A stretch of DNA of 64,000 nt from the sequence record SRR9188677_168, one strand, 5' to 3'. Position numbers and translations under genes: made by a program. The notes under the pieces were generated by a model. The model ran no database searches. It was not told the origin of the DNA and saw only the letters and a list, made by a program, of their open reading frames with translations. Below, piece after piece: positions 1-10,376 of this stretch; within the stretch, counting starts at the first letter, position 1, and every line of letters begins with the position of its first letter.

Positions 1-25
1 AAAGGAGGCAATTGCCTCCTTTTTT
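1..25. terminator. Intrinsic terminator-like hairpin downstream of psd
   Basis: AAAGGAGGCA-at-TGCCTCCTTT inverted repeat with flanking A/T tracts; clipped by the window edge. Confidence 0.65.
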
Positions 26-46
26 ATACCCCTGCAAATATTCGTT

Positions 47-895
47 TTAGCGCCCCATGGCTTCACCCAGCCGGATCGGTTTACCCGCGTGCCAGCTGTC
101 GTTAAATTTCAATACATCTTTTTCAAACAGCATGACCACGGTAGAACCCAGCAGAAAGCGGCCCATTTCTTCACCTTGTTTCAGGCTGATGTTTCGGTCG
201 CTGTAATCCCAGTGTAGAACCTTACTTGGACGTGGCGGATTGATGATATGGTCTTTGGTGTCATGCCAAACGGTGGCCATGCTGCCGACAATGGTTGCGC
301 CGACTAACACTAGTACAAATTTTCCATGCTGTGCAGATTCGAACGTACATACTACACGTTCGTTGCGTGCAAACAGGCCGGGTACATTGGCGGCAGTGAC
401 TGGATTCACTGAAAATAAATCGCCTGGTACGTAAGTCATCTGCAACAGTTTTCCCTCGCAAGGCATATGGATGCGGTGGTAATCCTTGGGGCTTAAATAC
501 AGGCAGGCAAAGCTGCCGTTGTCAAACTTGGCGGCTAATGTGGCATCGCCACCAACTAAAGCTTGTGCCGTGTAGTGATGACCCTTGGCCTGGAAAATCT
601 GGCCTGACTTGATATCGCCAAACTGGCTGATGGCACCATCTACCGGACAGATAAAAGCATTGCTTTCCAATGGCCTGACGCCTGGCCTCAGCGGACGGGT
701 GAAAAACAGGTTGAATGAGGCGTAACTGGCAATATCACCGTTGAGCGCTTCTTCCATATTGACGTGGTACTTGCGCACAAACCAGCCGATAAAAGCCGTA
801 GTCAGGGCGCCAGCCTGCCAATGCGCCAGTTTGCCGGCAGCGGCAGTCAGCAATTGTTTGGGTGCGATGTATTGCAGCAGAATAGAGAGTTTCAC
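47..895 (-). CDS. psd: Phosphatidylserine decarboxylase proenzyme
   Basis: FFTRPL, YLSPKDYHRIH and the LGST self-cleavage motif (RFLLGSTVV). Confidence 0.95.
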   Translation of the reverse strand: MKLSILLQYIAPKQLLTAAAGKLAHWQAGALTTAFIGWFVRKYHVNMEEALNGDIASYASFNLFFTRPLRPGVRPLESNAFICPVDGAISQFGDIKSGQIFQAKGHHYTAQALVGGDATLAAKFDNGSFACLYLSPKDYHRIHMPCEGKLLQMTYVPGDLFSVNPVTAANVPGLFARNERVVCTFESAQHGKFVLVLVGATIVGSMATVWHDTKDHIINPPRPSKVLHWDYSDRNISLKQGEEMGRFLLGSTVVMLFEKDVLKFNDSWHAGKPIRLGEAMGR

Positions 896-960
896 TTCAT
901 TCCCTTATTGGCTTGTACGGTTTCAATCCCGAACAAGAAGTTTTTTGTGCGATGTTAAAT

Positions 961-999
961 AAAAAAGCACAGGCGATATTACATCGGCCTGTGCTTTTT
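961..999. terminator. Intrinsic terminator of the ilvIHC operon (possibly bidirectional)
   Basis: AAAAAGCACAGGC...GCCTGTGCTTTTT inverted repeat just past the ilvC stop. Confidence 0.8.
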
Positions 1000-1061
1000 G
1001 CCTATGGCTGGTTAATGTGTTTTAAACGCAACCATAAGGCTTGATCAATTCACCAGGAATA

Positions 1062-2093
<1,032 letters not shown>

Positions 2094-2136
2094 TCAATAC
2101 AAATGCTTTGGTATATATATGAAGAAATAGGGATAT

Positions 2137-2628
2137 TTAAACTTTGAGGATGCGGTCGCCACGACCAATGCCGGACGCGCCGGTACGCACGGTTTCCAGA
2201 ATCGCGCTGCGGTCTATGGCTTCGATAAATGCATCCAGTTTGCTGCAAGAGCCGGTAAGCTCAATGGTGTAACTATTGTCGGCCACATCGATAATACGGC
2301 CGCGGAAAATGTCGCACATACGCTTCATTTCGTCTTTATAAACGCCGGTGGCTTTAACCTTGACCAGCATCAATTCGCGCTCAATGTGCTTGCCATCGTT
2401 GAGGTCCAGCACTTTGACCACGTCAATCAACTTGTTGAGTTGCTTGATAATTTGTTCAATCACATCGTCGGAACCGGTGGTGACTATCGTCATGCGGGAC
2501 AAGGTTGGATCCTCGGTCACGGCCACGGTGAGTGATTCAATATTGTAACCACGTGCGGAGAACAGGCCTGCCACACGTGACAGGGCACCCGCTTCGTTTT
2601 CCATCAGCAGGGAGATAATGTGGCGCAT
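2137..2628 (-). CDS. ilvH: Acetolactate synthase small (regulatory) subunit
   Basis: ACT-domain start ENEAGALSRVAGLFSARGYNIESL; lies between the large subunit and ilvC. Confidence 0.96.
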   Translation of the reverse strand: MRHIISLLMENEAGALSRVAGLFSARGYNIESLTVAVTEDPTLSRMTIVTTGSDDVIEQIIKQLNKLIDVVKVLDLNDGKHIERELMLVKVKATGVYKDEMKRMCDIFRGRIIDVADNSYTIELTGSCSKLDAFIEAIDRSAILETVRTGASGIGRGDRILKV

Positions 2629-4391
2629 TATTGCTCTCCCTTCAGGCGTGAACCGCTCAATGGGCTTAAAACCATTTCTGACAAGCCTTTGCCGTTCTCA
2701 ACCATAGGGAATACGTTCTCGGCCTGGTCGGTTAAAAAGTCCATAAATACAAACTTATCTTTTCTGGCGAACGCTTCTTTCAGTGCGCCTTCCACGTCTG
2801 CCGGATTGGTGATTTGCATACCGATATGACCGTATGATTCCGCCAGTTTCACGAAATCCGGCAGGCTATCCATGTAAGACTCTGAATAGCGGTTCTCATA
2901 GAAGAACTCCTGCCACTGGCGCACCATGCCCAGGTAACGGTTATTCAACAGGATCACCTTGATCGGTAATCCGTATTGCGCACAGGTCGAGAGCTCCTGG
3001 ATATTCATCTGGATACTGCCCTCGCCGGTAATACAGGCCACTTGTGCATGCTTGTCAGCAAACTGACAGCCCATTGCGTATGGCAAGCCAACGCCCATGG
3101 TGCCGAGTCCGCCTGAGTTGATCCAGCGACGTGGCTTGTCAAATTTATAGTATTGCGCCGCCCACATCTGGTGCTGACCCACGTCAGAAGTCACGTATGC
3201 TTCGCCATTGGTCACTTCCCACAACTTCTGTACTACATACTGAGGCTTGATCACGGTGTCTGAATAAGTGTAATCCAGCGATTGCACGCCACGCCATTCA
3301 TTGATCTGGTCCCACCAGTCAGCAGTGTCTGTGGTTTTGTTTTCTTCCTGCGCCAGAATTTCTACCATATCAGCGAGCACAGACTGTACGTCACCCACGA
3401 TAGGCACATCCACTTTTACGCGTTTGGAAATGCTCGAAGGGTCTACATCAATATGAATGATGGTGCGTTTCTGGCCTGAAAAGTGTTTCGGGTTGCCGAT
3501 CACTCGGTCATCGAAACGCGCGCCAACTGCCAGCAACACGTCACAGTGCTGCATCGCCATGTTGGCTTCGTAACTGCCGTGCATACCGAGCATGCCGACA
3601 AATTGTTTGTCAGTCGCAGGGTAGCCACCCAGACCCATCAGTGTATTCGTTACCGGGAAGTTGAGCGCTTTGGCTAATCTAACCAGTTCAGCTGAACCAT
3701 TACCTAATACCAGGCCGCCGCCGGTGTAAATCATCGGACGTTTGGCACCCAGCAGCAATTTAACTGCTTTCTTGATCTGGCCGCTGTGGCCTTTCAAAAT
3801 CGGGCTGTAAGAGCGCATCTCTACCGTTTTCGGGTAGATAAAGTCGGCAATGTGCGCAGTAATGTCTTTAGGAATATCTACCACTACCGGGCCTGGACGG
3901 CCGGTTTTGGCGATAAAGAACGCCTTTTTAATCGTAGGCGCAATATCTTTAACGTGTTTAACCAGAAAGTTATGTTTTACACAGGGGCGGGTGATACCAA
4001 CCATGTCCACTTCCTGGAATGCATCCATGCCGATGGCTGGAACCGGTACCTGTCCACTGATCACAACCAAGGGAATAGAATCCATGTAAGCAGTGGCAAT
4101 GCCGGTCACGGCATTGGTGGCACCAGGACCACTGGTCACCAGGGCAACACCTACATCACCTGTCGCGCGTGAATATGCATCTGCGGCATGTACGGCAGCC
4201 TGCTCGTGACGCACCAGAATGTGCTTGAAGCCATTCTGTTTGTAGAGTGCATCATATATATGCAAGACAGCACCACCCGGGTAGCCAAATACGAATTTGA
4301 CTTTTTCTTCATTCAGGCAGTTGATGACGATATCAGCACCAGTCATAGATTTGGTGTGAGAGTCGGTCGCAGAGTGGGCTGAAGAATCCAT
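2628..4391 (-). CDS. ilvI: Acetolactate synthase large subunit
   Basis: FGYPGG, RHEQ, TSGPGATN, SGGLGTMG and TPP motif GEGS...NN. Confidence 0.96.
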   Translation of the reverse strand: MDSSAHSATDSHTKSMTGADIVINCLNEEKVKFVFGYPGGAVLHIYDALYKQNGFKHILVRHEQAAVHAADAYSRATGDVGVALVTSGPGATNAVTGIATAYMDSIPLVVISGQVPVPAIGMDAFQEVDMVGITRPCVKHNFLVKHVKDIAPTIKKAFFIAKTGRPGPVVVDIPKDITAHIADFIYPKTVEMRSYSPILKGHSGQIKKAVKLLLGAKRPMIYTGGGLVLGNGSAELVRLAKALNFPVTNTLMGLGGYPATDKQFVGMLGMHGSYEANMAMQHCDVLLAVGARFDDRVIGNPKHFSGQKRTIIHIDVDPSSISKRVKVDVPIVGDVQSVLADMVEILAQEENKTTDTADWWDQINEWRGVQSLDYTYSDTVIKPQYVVQKLWEVTNGEAYVTSDVGQHQMWAAQYYKFDKPRRWINSGGLGTMGVGLPYAMGCQFADKHAQVACITGEGSIQMNIQELSTCAQYGLPIKVILLNNRYLGMVRQWQEFFYENRYSESYMDSLPDFVKLAESYGHIGMQITNPADVEGALKEAFARKDKFVFMDFLTDQAENVFPMVENGKGLSEMVLSPLSGSRLKGEQ

Positions 4392-4539
4392 AAAATCTTG
4401 ATTATTATGCTAATTAATGTTGAACCCTATACATTAGCTTGCTTTGGTAGTTTGGTCAAGATTATCGCGGTTTACACAATGTATTTGAAACAGTGGGTGG
4501 ATAATTGCAAAGAGTTTGCAAATAATTGTTGACTTTCTA

Positions 4540-4558
4540 AATGAGAAACATTATCATT
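4540..4558. promoter_or_regulatory. Fur box overlapping promoter of the hyp-rpsD2-hemP unit
   Basis: AATGAGAAACATTATCATT matches the 9-1-9 Fur consensus AATGATAATnATTATCATT; TTGACT -35-like hexamer at 4529-4534. Confidence 0.8.
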
Positions 4559-4589
4559 TAACCACTGATTGAAGAAAGTTAACCAAACG

Positions 4590-4898
4590 ATGCAAACTGA
4601 ATTAGCTGTCGAAGCAAGTGATCTTTTTGATCCTGACCTGCCAACAGCCAGCGCAGTACTTGTATCGTTGAGTTGTGTAGCAACCCGCTATGCGGTCAAT
4701 CCTTCCGAAGACCTTGCATTGTTGGGATGCAGTTTGGCGCAGACATTAAACGCGCCAGAGTATGCGGAAAGCCATTTGATTGAATCGGCGGCGAAGCAGT
4801 TGTTACAGGATTGGCAGGCGCTTTTACAGGCGCATCGTGAATTTTCATTGCAGCAGGAAGTCACGGATTTTGTCACCCCCTCTTCAACTTTACAATAA
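4590..4898 (+). CDS. Hypothetical helical protein, first gene after the Fur box
   Basis: ORF 4569-4898; ATG at 4590 preferred; no recognised family. Confidence 0.65.
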   Translation: MQTELAVEASDLFDPDLPTASAVLVSLSCVATRYAVNPSEDLALLGCSLAQTLNAPEYAESHLIESAAKQLLQDWQALLQAHREFSLQQEVTDFVTPSSTLQ

Positions 4899-4976
4899 TA
4901 CGCTACAATATAGGGTTTACTAATTAGTAGCGACTAATTTTCTTCATTTCAGATTTTAAAGGAAAGGCTTTAAACA

Positions 4977-5591
4977 ATGAGAACCACAGGACCAAGATTA
5001 AAGATTATGCGTGCGTTAGGTATTGAATTACCTGGCTTGTCACGCAAGTCTATTGAAAACCGCCCAAATCCACCGGGCCAGCATGGCAATCAGGCAGCGC
5101 GTCGTCGCCGTTCAGATTTTGCTGTGAAATTGGTGGAAAAACAAAAGATTCGTTTTAACTACGGTGTGAGCGAAAAGCAAATGCGTGGTTTGATGCTGGA
5201 AGCCCGTAAAGGTAATGAGCCTACTGGTGAAAAATTGATGTCTTTGCTTGAGCGCCGTTTAGATAACGTTGTGTTCCGTGCAGGGTTTGCGCCAACTGGT
5301 ATTGCAGCTCGCCAATTGGTAAGCCATGGTCATATTTTGTTGAACGGTAAATCAGCAAATATTCCATCTATCCGCTTGAAAGTGGGTGATGTGGTGACGT
5401 TGAAAGAGAAAAGTCGCAAGATTCCGATGGTGGTTGAAGCGTTAGCTACACCAAGCCTGGCAATTCCTGAGTGGGTGTCTGTTGATTCGACAACTGCTTC
5501 TGTGAAAGTTGGACATTTGCCTTCGATTGAAGATGTACCATTCCCGCTGGATGTTCAGCAGGTAGTTGAATATTACGCTAACCGCGTTTAA
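4977..5591 (+). CDS. rpsD: 30S ribosomal protein S4 paralog (cysteine-free, outside the alpha operon)
   Basis: PPGQHG, EKQKIRFNYG, LERRLDNVVFRAGF, ARQLVSHGH, VVEYY; strong RBS; not flanked by rpsK/rpoA. Confidence 0.93.
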   Translation: MRTTGPRLKIMRALGIELPGLSRKSIENRPNPPGQHGNQAARRRRSDFAVKLVEKQKIRFNYGVSEKQMRGLMLEARKGNEPTGEKLMSLLERRLDNVVFRAGFAPTGIAARQLVSHGHILLNGKSANIPSIRLKVGDVVTLKEKSRKIPMVVEALATPSLAIPEWVSVDSTTASVKVGHLPSIEDVPFPLDVQQVVEYYANRV

Positions 5592-5784
5592 GAAATGCTT
5601 CGAGCAGCCCGAAGGCTGCTCGAATAAGAGTTTGAGCAATGCTCCTAACCCCAACATGTCATTGCTCAAATAGGCGTTGTTTTTTATGCGCCAAATTACC
5701 CCTGGTAAGGGTGTTCCTTGAAATCTGATGCCGCTGTGCTTTTGCATGTAAGTCGGCTTTTTTTTGGGGTCCAATCATATAGGA

Positions 5785-6015
5785 ATGAATAGCCAAATGC
5801 AACCTTTGTCTGGCAAAAACCCATCGCTGGTACAGGTTTCGGGCGCGCCTCTGGCTGTGATCGATGCCGTGCAACTTCTGGGTAATGCGTCAGGGGTGGT
5901 TATTTTGCATGGCAATGAAACCTATAAACTTACGCGCACCAAGCAAAACAAATTATTGTTAACCAAATGCCACCATGAAATTGTGGATGGCAGCCTTGGT
6001 ATTCATGAATTGTAA
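5785..6015 (+). CDS. hemP: Hemin uptake protein HemP/HmuP family
   Basis: VILHGNETYKLTRTKQNKLLLTK matches the HemP core; start uncertain (5785 or 5797). Confidence 0.82.
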   Translation: MNSQMQPLSGKNPSLVQVSGAPLAVIDAVQLLGNASGVVILHGNETYKLTRTKQNKLLLTKCHHEIVDGSLGIHEL

Positions 6016-6174
6016 GTTTTGTGATCTGATTTAATTCCTGGTTGTCTTGGTAATGTAGCCGAGAGATTGCTGCTGAATGACTAACCTTGCTCTAGTCATA
6101 GATAACGTTGTTGGGCAAAGTCACTGAATAATTTTACTTTTAACGAACTCAATGTCATTCTTTGAGTAAATTGA

Positions 6175-6193
6175 TATGATAATGATGCGCATT
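6175..6193. promoter_or_regulatory. Fur box upstream of tonB
   Basis: TATGATAATGATGCGCATT (reverse complement AATGCGCATCATTATCATA). Confidence 0.65.
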
Positions 6194-6233
6194 AACTTGC
6201 CTTCTGGCTATTTTTCTACAAGTATGAGGATGG

Positions 6234-7100
6234 GTGTGGATGTTTCAGCGTGAATTGATAACAGGGTTGCCCCTAAGGCCTGCGCAGCAACGTGTGCCCA
6301 AGGTTCCTGAGCTGAGCTTGCATCATCGTCAACCTGCACAATTGGCAGGCATTTTTAGCTGGCCAAGCTTCGCGACTGAAGCCTGGTTAAGACAAGATAA
6401 AGGCCAACGCTGGTCTATTGTAGGTTTGCTGACCGTCATTTTGCTACATGCAGCCCTGGTCTGGTGGGTGTTTATACAGGCCGAAACGCCAATCAAGCCA
6501 CCTAAACCAGAGCCGATCACGGTTTCCCTGATTACCCTGCCAGCAAAAAAAGAAGAGGCGCCTGCGCCAGAAGTAGTCCCTATCATCAAGCAAAAACCGG
6601 TTGAAAAACCTGTCATCAAACCCAAAGAAACACCGGTTAAACCAGTAGAGCGTCCAACGCCCGTGGTTGAGCGGATTGTCGAGCCTGTAGCGGATCAGCC
6701 AAAGTTTGAAGCCAGTACCCAGCCCGCAGCACCACCAATGGAAGCGCCAGTCGCGGCTTCAGCCAAACCGGCACCAGCGCCAGCTGCTCCTCCCAAGCAA
6801 GAAGTTGTTGAAGAAAAAGAAGAGCCGCCTAAATTCGGTGTGGCTTACCTGAATAATCCTCCTCCCGAATATCCCAAGCTGGCCAAACGCGCCGGCGAAG
6901 AAGGGCGTGTATTGTTAAAAGTACTGGTGTCAGCCGAAGGTCGTCCGGAAACGGTAGAGGTTTCAAAAGGCAGTGGGTTTGAACGCCTGGATACCGCGGC
7001 CTTAAATGCAGTGAAACAATGGCGGTTTGAACCGGCGCGCAAAGGTGGAAAAGCATTGAGTGCTTATGTCATTGTGCCATTAGCGTTTACGTTAAATTAA
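6234..7100 (+). CDS. tonB: Energy transducer TonB
   Basis: TM helix with LLHAAL, Pro/Lys/Glu-rich linker, C-terminal YPKLAKRAGEEGRV...WRFEPA. Confidence 0.93.
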   Translation: MWMFQRELITGLPLRPAQQRVPKVPELSLHHRQPAQLAGIFSWPSFATEAWLRQDKGQRWSIVGLLTVILLHAALVWWVFIQAETPIKPPKPEPITVSLITLPAKKEEAPAPEVVPIIKQKPVEKPVIKPKETPVKPVERPTPVVERIVEPVADQPKFEASTQPAAPPMEAPVAASAKPAPAPAAPPKQEVVEEKEEPPKFGVAYLNNPPPEYPKLAKRAGEEGRVLLKVLVSAEGRPETVEVSKGSGFERLDTAALNAVKQWRFEPARKGGKALSAYVIVPLAFTLN

Positions 7101-7151
7101 TTATCAAGTTTGTACTAAATATTAAAAGTTTGATTGGAAAGGAATTTTTTA

Positions 7152-7892
7152 ATGGAATCTACGAGCGGATTGGCTTTTATCACTGAAGGTGGCGTTGTGT
7201 CAGTGATCGTGGCGCTGATTTTACTGACGATGTCAGTATTAAGTTGGTATTTTGTGGTTGTGAAATCCTGGCAGGTATTTAAACACAAACGCCAGGTTTC
7301 CGAGTATGTGCGTCAGTTCTGGCGTAAATCGACATTGCAGGAAGCAATGCAGGAAACACAGCATCATTCCCCAGCTTATAAACTGGCGCAGACAGCCGTA
7401 GAGTCTACCCAGCATCACCAGCAATATGCGGCGCAATCATTAGGTGCTGCATGCAGCCAGGATGAGTTTATTGCCAGACAATTGCGTCGTACCTTGTCGC
7501 AAGAGCAGGCCGGACTGGAGAGCGGCCTTTCCGTACTGGCTTCAGTTGGTAGCGTGGCGCCATTTGTAGGTTTGTTTGGTACGGTGTGGGGTATTTACCA
7601 CGCGCTGACTGCCATTGGTCAATCTGGGGTTGCCACAATCGATAAAGTGGCCGGCCCGGTGGGTGAAGCATTGATTATGACGGCGATTGGTTTGGCTGTC
7701 GCTATCCCTGCAGTATTGGCATACAACGCATTTATTAAAGCGAACCGCGGCATTATGGCCGAGCTGGAAAGTTTTGCCCAGGACCTGCATACCTTGCTGA
7801 CGACAGGGGCGCCGCTGATGATAAAGCCAGGCAGTAAGTCCAATGTCCGCGAGTTACACACCAGAGTAGTGAATAAAGGTGGCAATCCATGA
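7152..7892 (+). CDS. exbB: ExbB (MotA/TolQ/ExbB family)
   Basis: APFVGLFGTVWGI and EALIMTAIGLAVAIPA; ATG 7152 preferred. Confidence 0.92.
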   Translation: MESTSGLAFITEGGVVSVIVALILLTMSVLSWYFVVVKSWQVFKHKRQVSEYVRQFWRKSTLQEAMQETQHHSPAYKLAQTAVESTQHHQQYAAQSLGAACSQDEFIARQLRRTLSQEQAGLESGLSVLASVGSVAPFVGLFGTVWGIYHALTAIGQSGVATIDKVAGPVGEALIMTAIGLAVAIPAVLAYNAFIKANRGIMAELESFAQDLHTLLTTGAPLMIKPGSKSNVRELHTRVVNKGGNP

Positions 7893-8308
7893 TCGGTAAT
7901 AATCCATTCAGCGCGGGCGAGCACACGCAGCCGATGAGCGAGATCAACACCACGCCGTTAGTGGATGTGATGCTGGTGCTGCTGGTGATTTTTATCATTA
8001 CTGCCCCTTTGCTGACGCATGCAGTAAAAATTGACCTGCCGCAGGCGACTTCACAACCGCTGGAAGAAAAGCCGGAAGTGATAGACCTGGCTGTAGATGC
8101 CGATGGCAAGATGTTCTGGAACGATACGGAAATTGATCAGGCTACCCTGGTGACGCGTATGAAGGACGAAAGCGTGAAAAAAGAGCAGCCGGAGTTGCAG
8201 ATACGTGCCGATAAAAATACCCGGTATCAGGTGCTGGCTGAAGTATTGGCACAAGCGCAAACCGCAGGGATGAAAAAAGTTGGTTTTGTCAGCCAGCCAC
8301 AGCAGTAA
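7889..8308 (+). CDS. exbD: ExbD
   Basis: EINTTPLVDVMLVLLVIFIITAP and IRADK motifs; overlaps the exbB stop. Confidence 0.93.
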   Translation: MIGNNPFSAGEHTQPMSEINTTPLVDVMLVLLVIFIITAPLLTHAVKIDLPQATSQPLEEKPEVIDLAVDADGKMFWNDTEIDQATLVTRMKDESVKKEQPELQIRADKNTRYQVLAEVLAQAQTAGMKKVGFVSQPQQ

Positions 8309-8324
8309 ATAGAATTACAGATAG

Positions 8325-9470
8325 ATGACTATGACGCAGCAATCCATCCGGCGTTGGGCCTGGATCCACAAATGGTCCAGCCTGGTTTGTACAGTATTCA
8401 TGTTATTGCTTTGCCTGACCGGATTGCCGCTGATTTTCAGCCATGAAATTCACGATTGGCTGGGCGATCATATCGTCACCCCTGATATACAGCATAACGG
8501 GACTATGGCCAGCATGGACAGCCTGGTGGCGACAGCAAAGAAACAGAATCCCGGATTTGTGCCCTTATACATGTACCGCGATGATGATGAGCCATTACAG
8601 TGGACTATCAGCATGGCCAAAACTACAGATGCCACCAGTGGTTTTAAATATGTAGTGATGGATGCCCGCACTGCAAAAGTGCTGGGTGAACCACCAGCAG
8701 AAGAAGGCTTTATGTATATCGTCTTCAAACTGCATGTCGACCTGTTTGCAGGTTTGCCAGGCATGCTGTTTTTAGGATTGATGGGTTTTCTGCTGGTGAT
8801 TGCAATTATTTCCGGCGTCGTGCTTTATGCCCCGTTCATGCGCAAACTGGCGTTCGGTGAAATCCGCCACCAGCGTGGTGAAAAACTCAAGCGGCTGGAT
8901 ATCCATAATATGCTCGGCATTGTCACCCTCAGCTGGTTTCTGGTGGTGGGCGCCACGGGTGTAATTAATGCCTGGTCAGACTTGCTGGTGAAATACTGGC
9001 AATTTGACCAGATGTCGCAAATGATTGCGCCTTATAAAAACTTGCCGCCGCCAACACAATTCGCTTCGTTACAGCAATCGCTTGAGGTTGCACAGAAAGC
9101 CGAACCAGCCATGCAATTAGGCTTTATTGCTTTCCCCGGCACGGCGTACACCAGCCAGCATCACTATGGCATCTTCATGCGCGGCGACAGCCCGCTCACC
9201 AAGCGTTTATTTAAACCGGTATTGATCGACGCCCAAAACGCTACCTTAACCGACAGCCGTCCTTTGCCATGGTATCTGGTCGCGTTACTGGTTTCGCAAC
9301 CATTGCATTTTGGTGATTACGGCGGCATGAGCCTGAAGTGGATTTGGGCGGTGTTAGATGTGCTGAGTATTATCGTTTTATGGACCGGTTTGAAACTTTG
9401 GTGGAAAAAACGGCGTCAATACCTGCCAGTGACAAGTACGCGCCCGATATTACATAAAGCCATCTCTTAA
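8325..9470 (+). CDS. PepSY-associated TM-helix protein (PiuB/FoxB-like iron-regulated membrane protein)
   Basis: IHKWSSL, KLHVDL, DIHNMLG and PLHFG conserved His segments. Confidence 0.85.
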   Translation: MTMTQQSIRRWAWIHKWSSLVCTVFMLLLCLTGLPLIFSHEIHDWLGDHIVTPDIQHNGTMASMDSLVATAKKQNPGFVPLYMYRDDDEPLQWTISMAKTTDATSGFKYVVMDARTAKVLGEPPAEEGFMYIVFKLHVDLFAGLPGMLFLGLMGFLLVIAIISGVVLYAPFMRKLAFGEIRHQRGEKLKRLDIHNMLGIVTLSWFLVVGATGVINAWSDLLVKYWQFDQMSQMIAPYKNLPPPTQFASLQQSLEVAQKAEPAMQLGFIAFPGTAYTSQHHYGIFMRGDSPLTKRLFKPVLIDAQNATLTDSRPLPWYLVALLVSQPLHFGDYGGMSLKWIWAVLDVLSIIVLWTGLKLWWKKRRQYLPVTSTRPILHKAIS

Positions 9471-9506
9471 TCGGTTTTGATCAATGAATGCTAGCAAGCA
9501 AATACC

Positions 9507-9719
9507 ATGATGGAGCGTGTATTCATGCGGAATAAGTCATTAACAAAAATTTTTTTATGGCCTACGCTGATTGCGATTGTGTCATTCACCGGCTTGTTAA
9601 CAGCGTTGCTGGTTGATGATGCACGAGAGTTGATTTCAGATGCGGCTGTGGCATTGCCGATACTGATTGCGGCTTATTACTATTGGATCAAGCCAGGCGC
9701 TAGCGCACAGAAATCTTAA
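9507..9719 (+). CDS. Small two-TM membrane protein
   Basis: IFLWPTLIAIVSFTGLLTALL..D pattern; follows the PepSY-TM gene. Confidence 0.55.
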   Translation: MMERVFMRNKSLTKIFLWPTLIAIVSFTGLLTALLVDDARELISDAAVALPILIAAYYYWIKPGASAQKS

Positions 9720-9829
9720 AGTTAATGTTGCCTGAAACATTATGCTTCGGGCAGTTTTAAAACCTGAGCCAGCCAGGAAGTGGAAACTTCGGTAGCCAGC
9801 TAATTTTTTGTTATGGATGAAACGGAGAA

Positions 9830-10306
9830 ATGATGAATTTGAAACGTACACAATGGCAACAATTACTGGCCGTGGCTGGTAGCGCAATCTGTTTGCTGCA
9901 ACAACCTGCGCAAGCGGCTGACAAATGTGATGTGAGTGTAGATGCCACTGACCAGATGACATTCAGCGTGAAAGAAATTGCTGTGCCTAAAGCCTGTAAA
10001 TCATTCACTATTAACCTGAAGCATGCTGGCGCCATGAAAAAAACAATCATGGGTCATAACCTGGTCGTGAGCAAGCAGGCTGATGAACAGGGCGTTTTGC
10101 AAGATGGTAGTAAAGCAGGAGCGGCGCAATCCTATGTGAAACCACAGGATCCACGCGTAGTCGCTGCAACGACTGTCATCGGTGGTGGTGAGACGGCAAG
10201 TACCTCTTTTGCCCCTTCCCAGTTGGATGCTGCTGGTAACTATGTATTCTTCTGTTCATTCCCTGGCCATGCTGCCTTGATGAAGGGCACGCTTAAACTG
10301 ATCTAA
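9830..10306 (+). CDS. azu: Azurin (type-1 blue copper protein)
   Basis: Signal peptide, N-terminal Cys pair, MGHN and FFCSFPGHAALM copper ligands. Confidence 0.93.
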   Translation: MMNLKRTQWQQLLAVAGSAICLLQQPAQAADKCDVSVDATDQMTFSVKEIAVPKACKSFTINLKHAGAMKKTIMGHNLVVSKQADEQGVLQDGSKAGAAQSYVKPQDPRVVAATTVIGGGETASTSFAPSQLDAAGNYVFFCSFPGHAALMKGTLKLI

Positions 10307-10342
10307 ATGTTTATTTAGCTCATCAAAAGCCAATATTGAAAA

Positions 10343-10376
10343 GCTCCGCTATCTGCCAAGGTAGTGGAGTTTTTTT
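10343..10376 (+). terminator. Intrinsic terminator after azurin
   Basis: GCTCCGCTATC/GGTAGTGGAGT stem followed by a T run. Confidence 0.75.

Noticed and set aside
4392-4530. ilv leader-peptide attenuator
   Set aside because: No Ile/Leu/Val-rich mini-ORF paired with a terminator was recognised on the minus strand
4540-4558. Zur box controlling the S4 paralog
   Set aside because: Fits the Fur 9-1-9 pattern shared with seven other sites, not the TGTTAT-n-ATAACA Zur pattern
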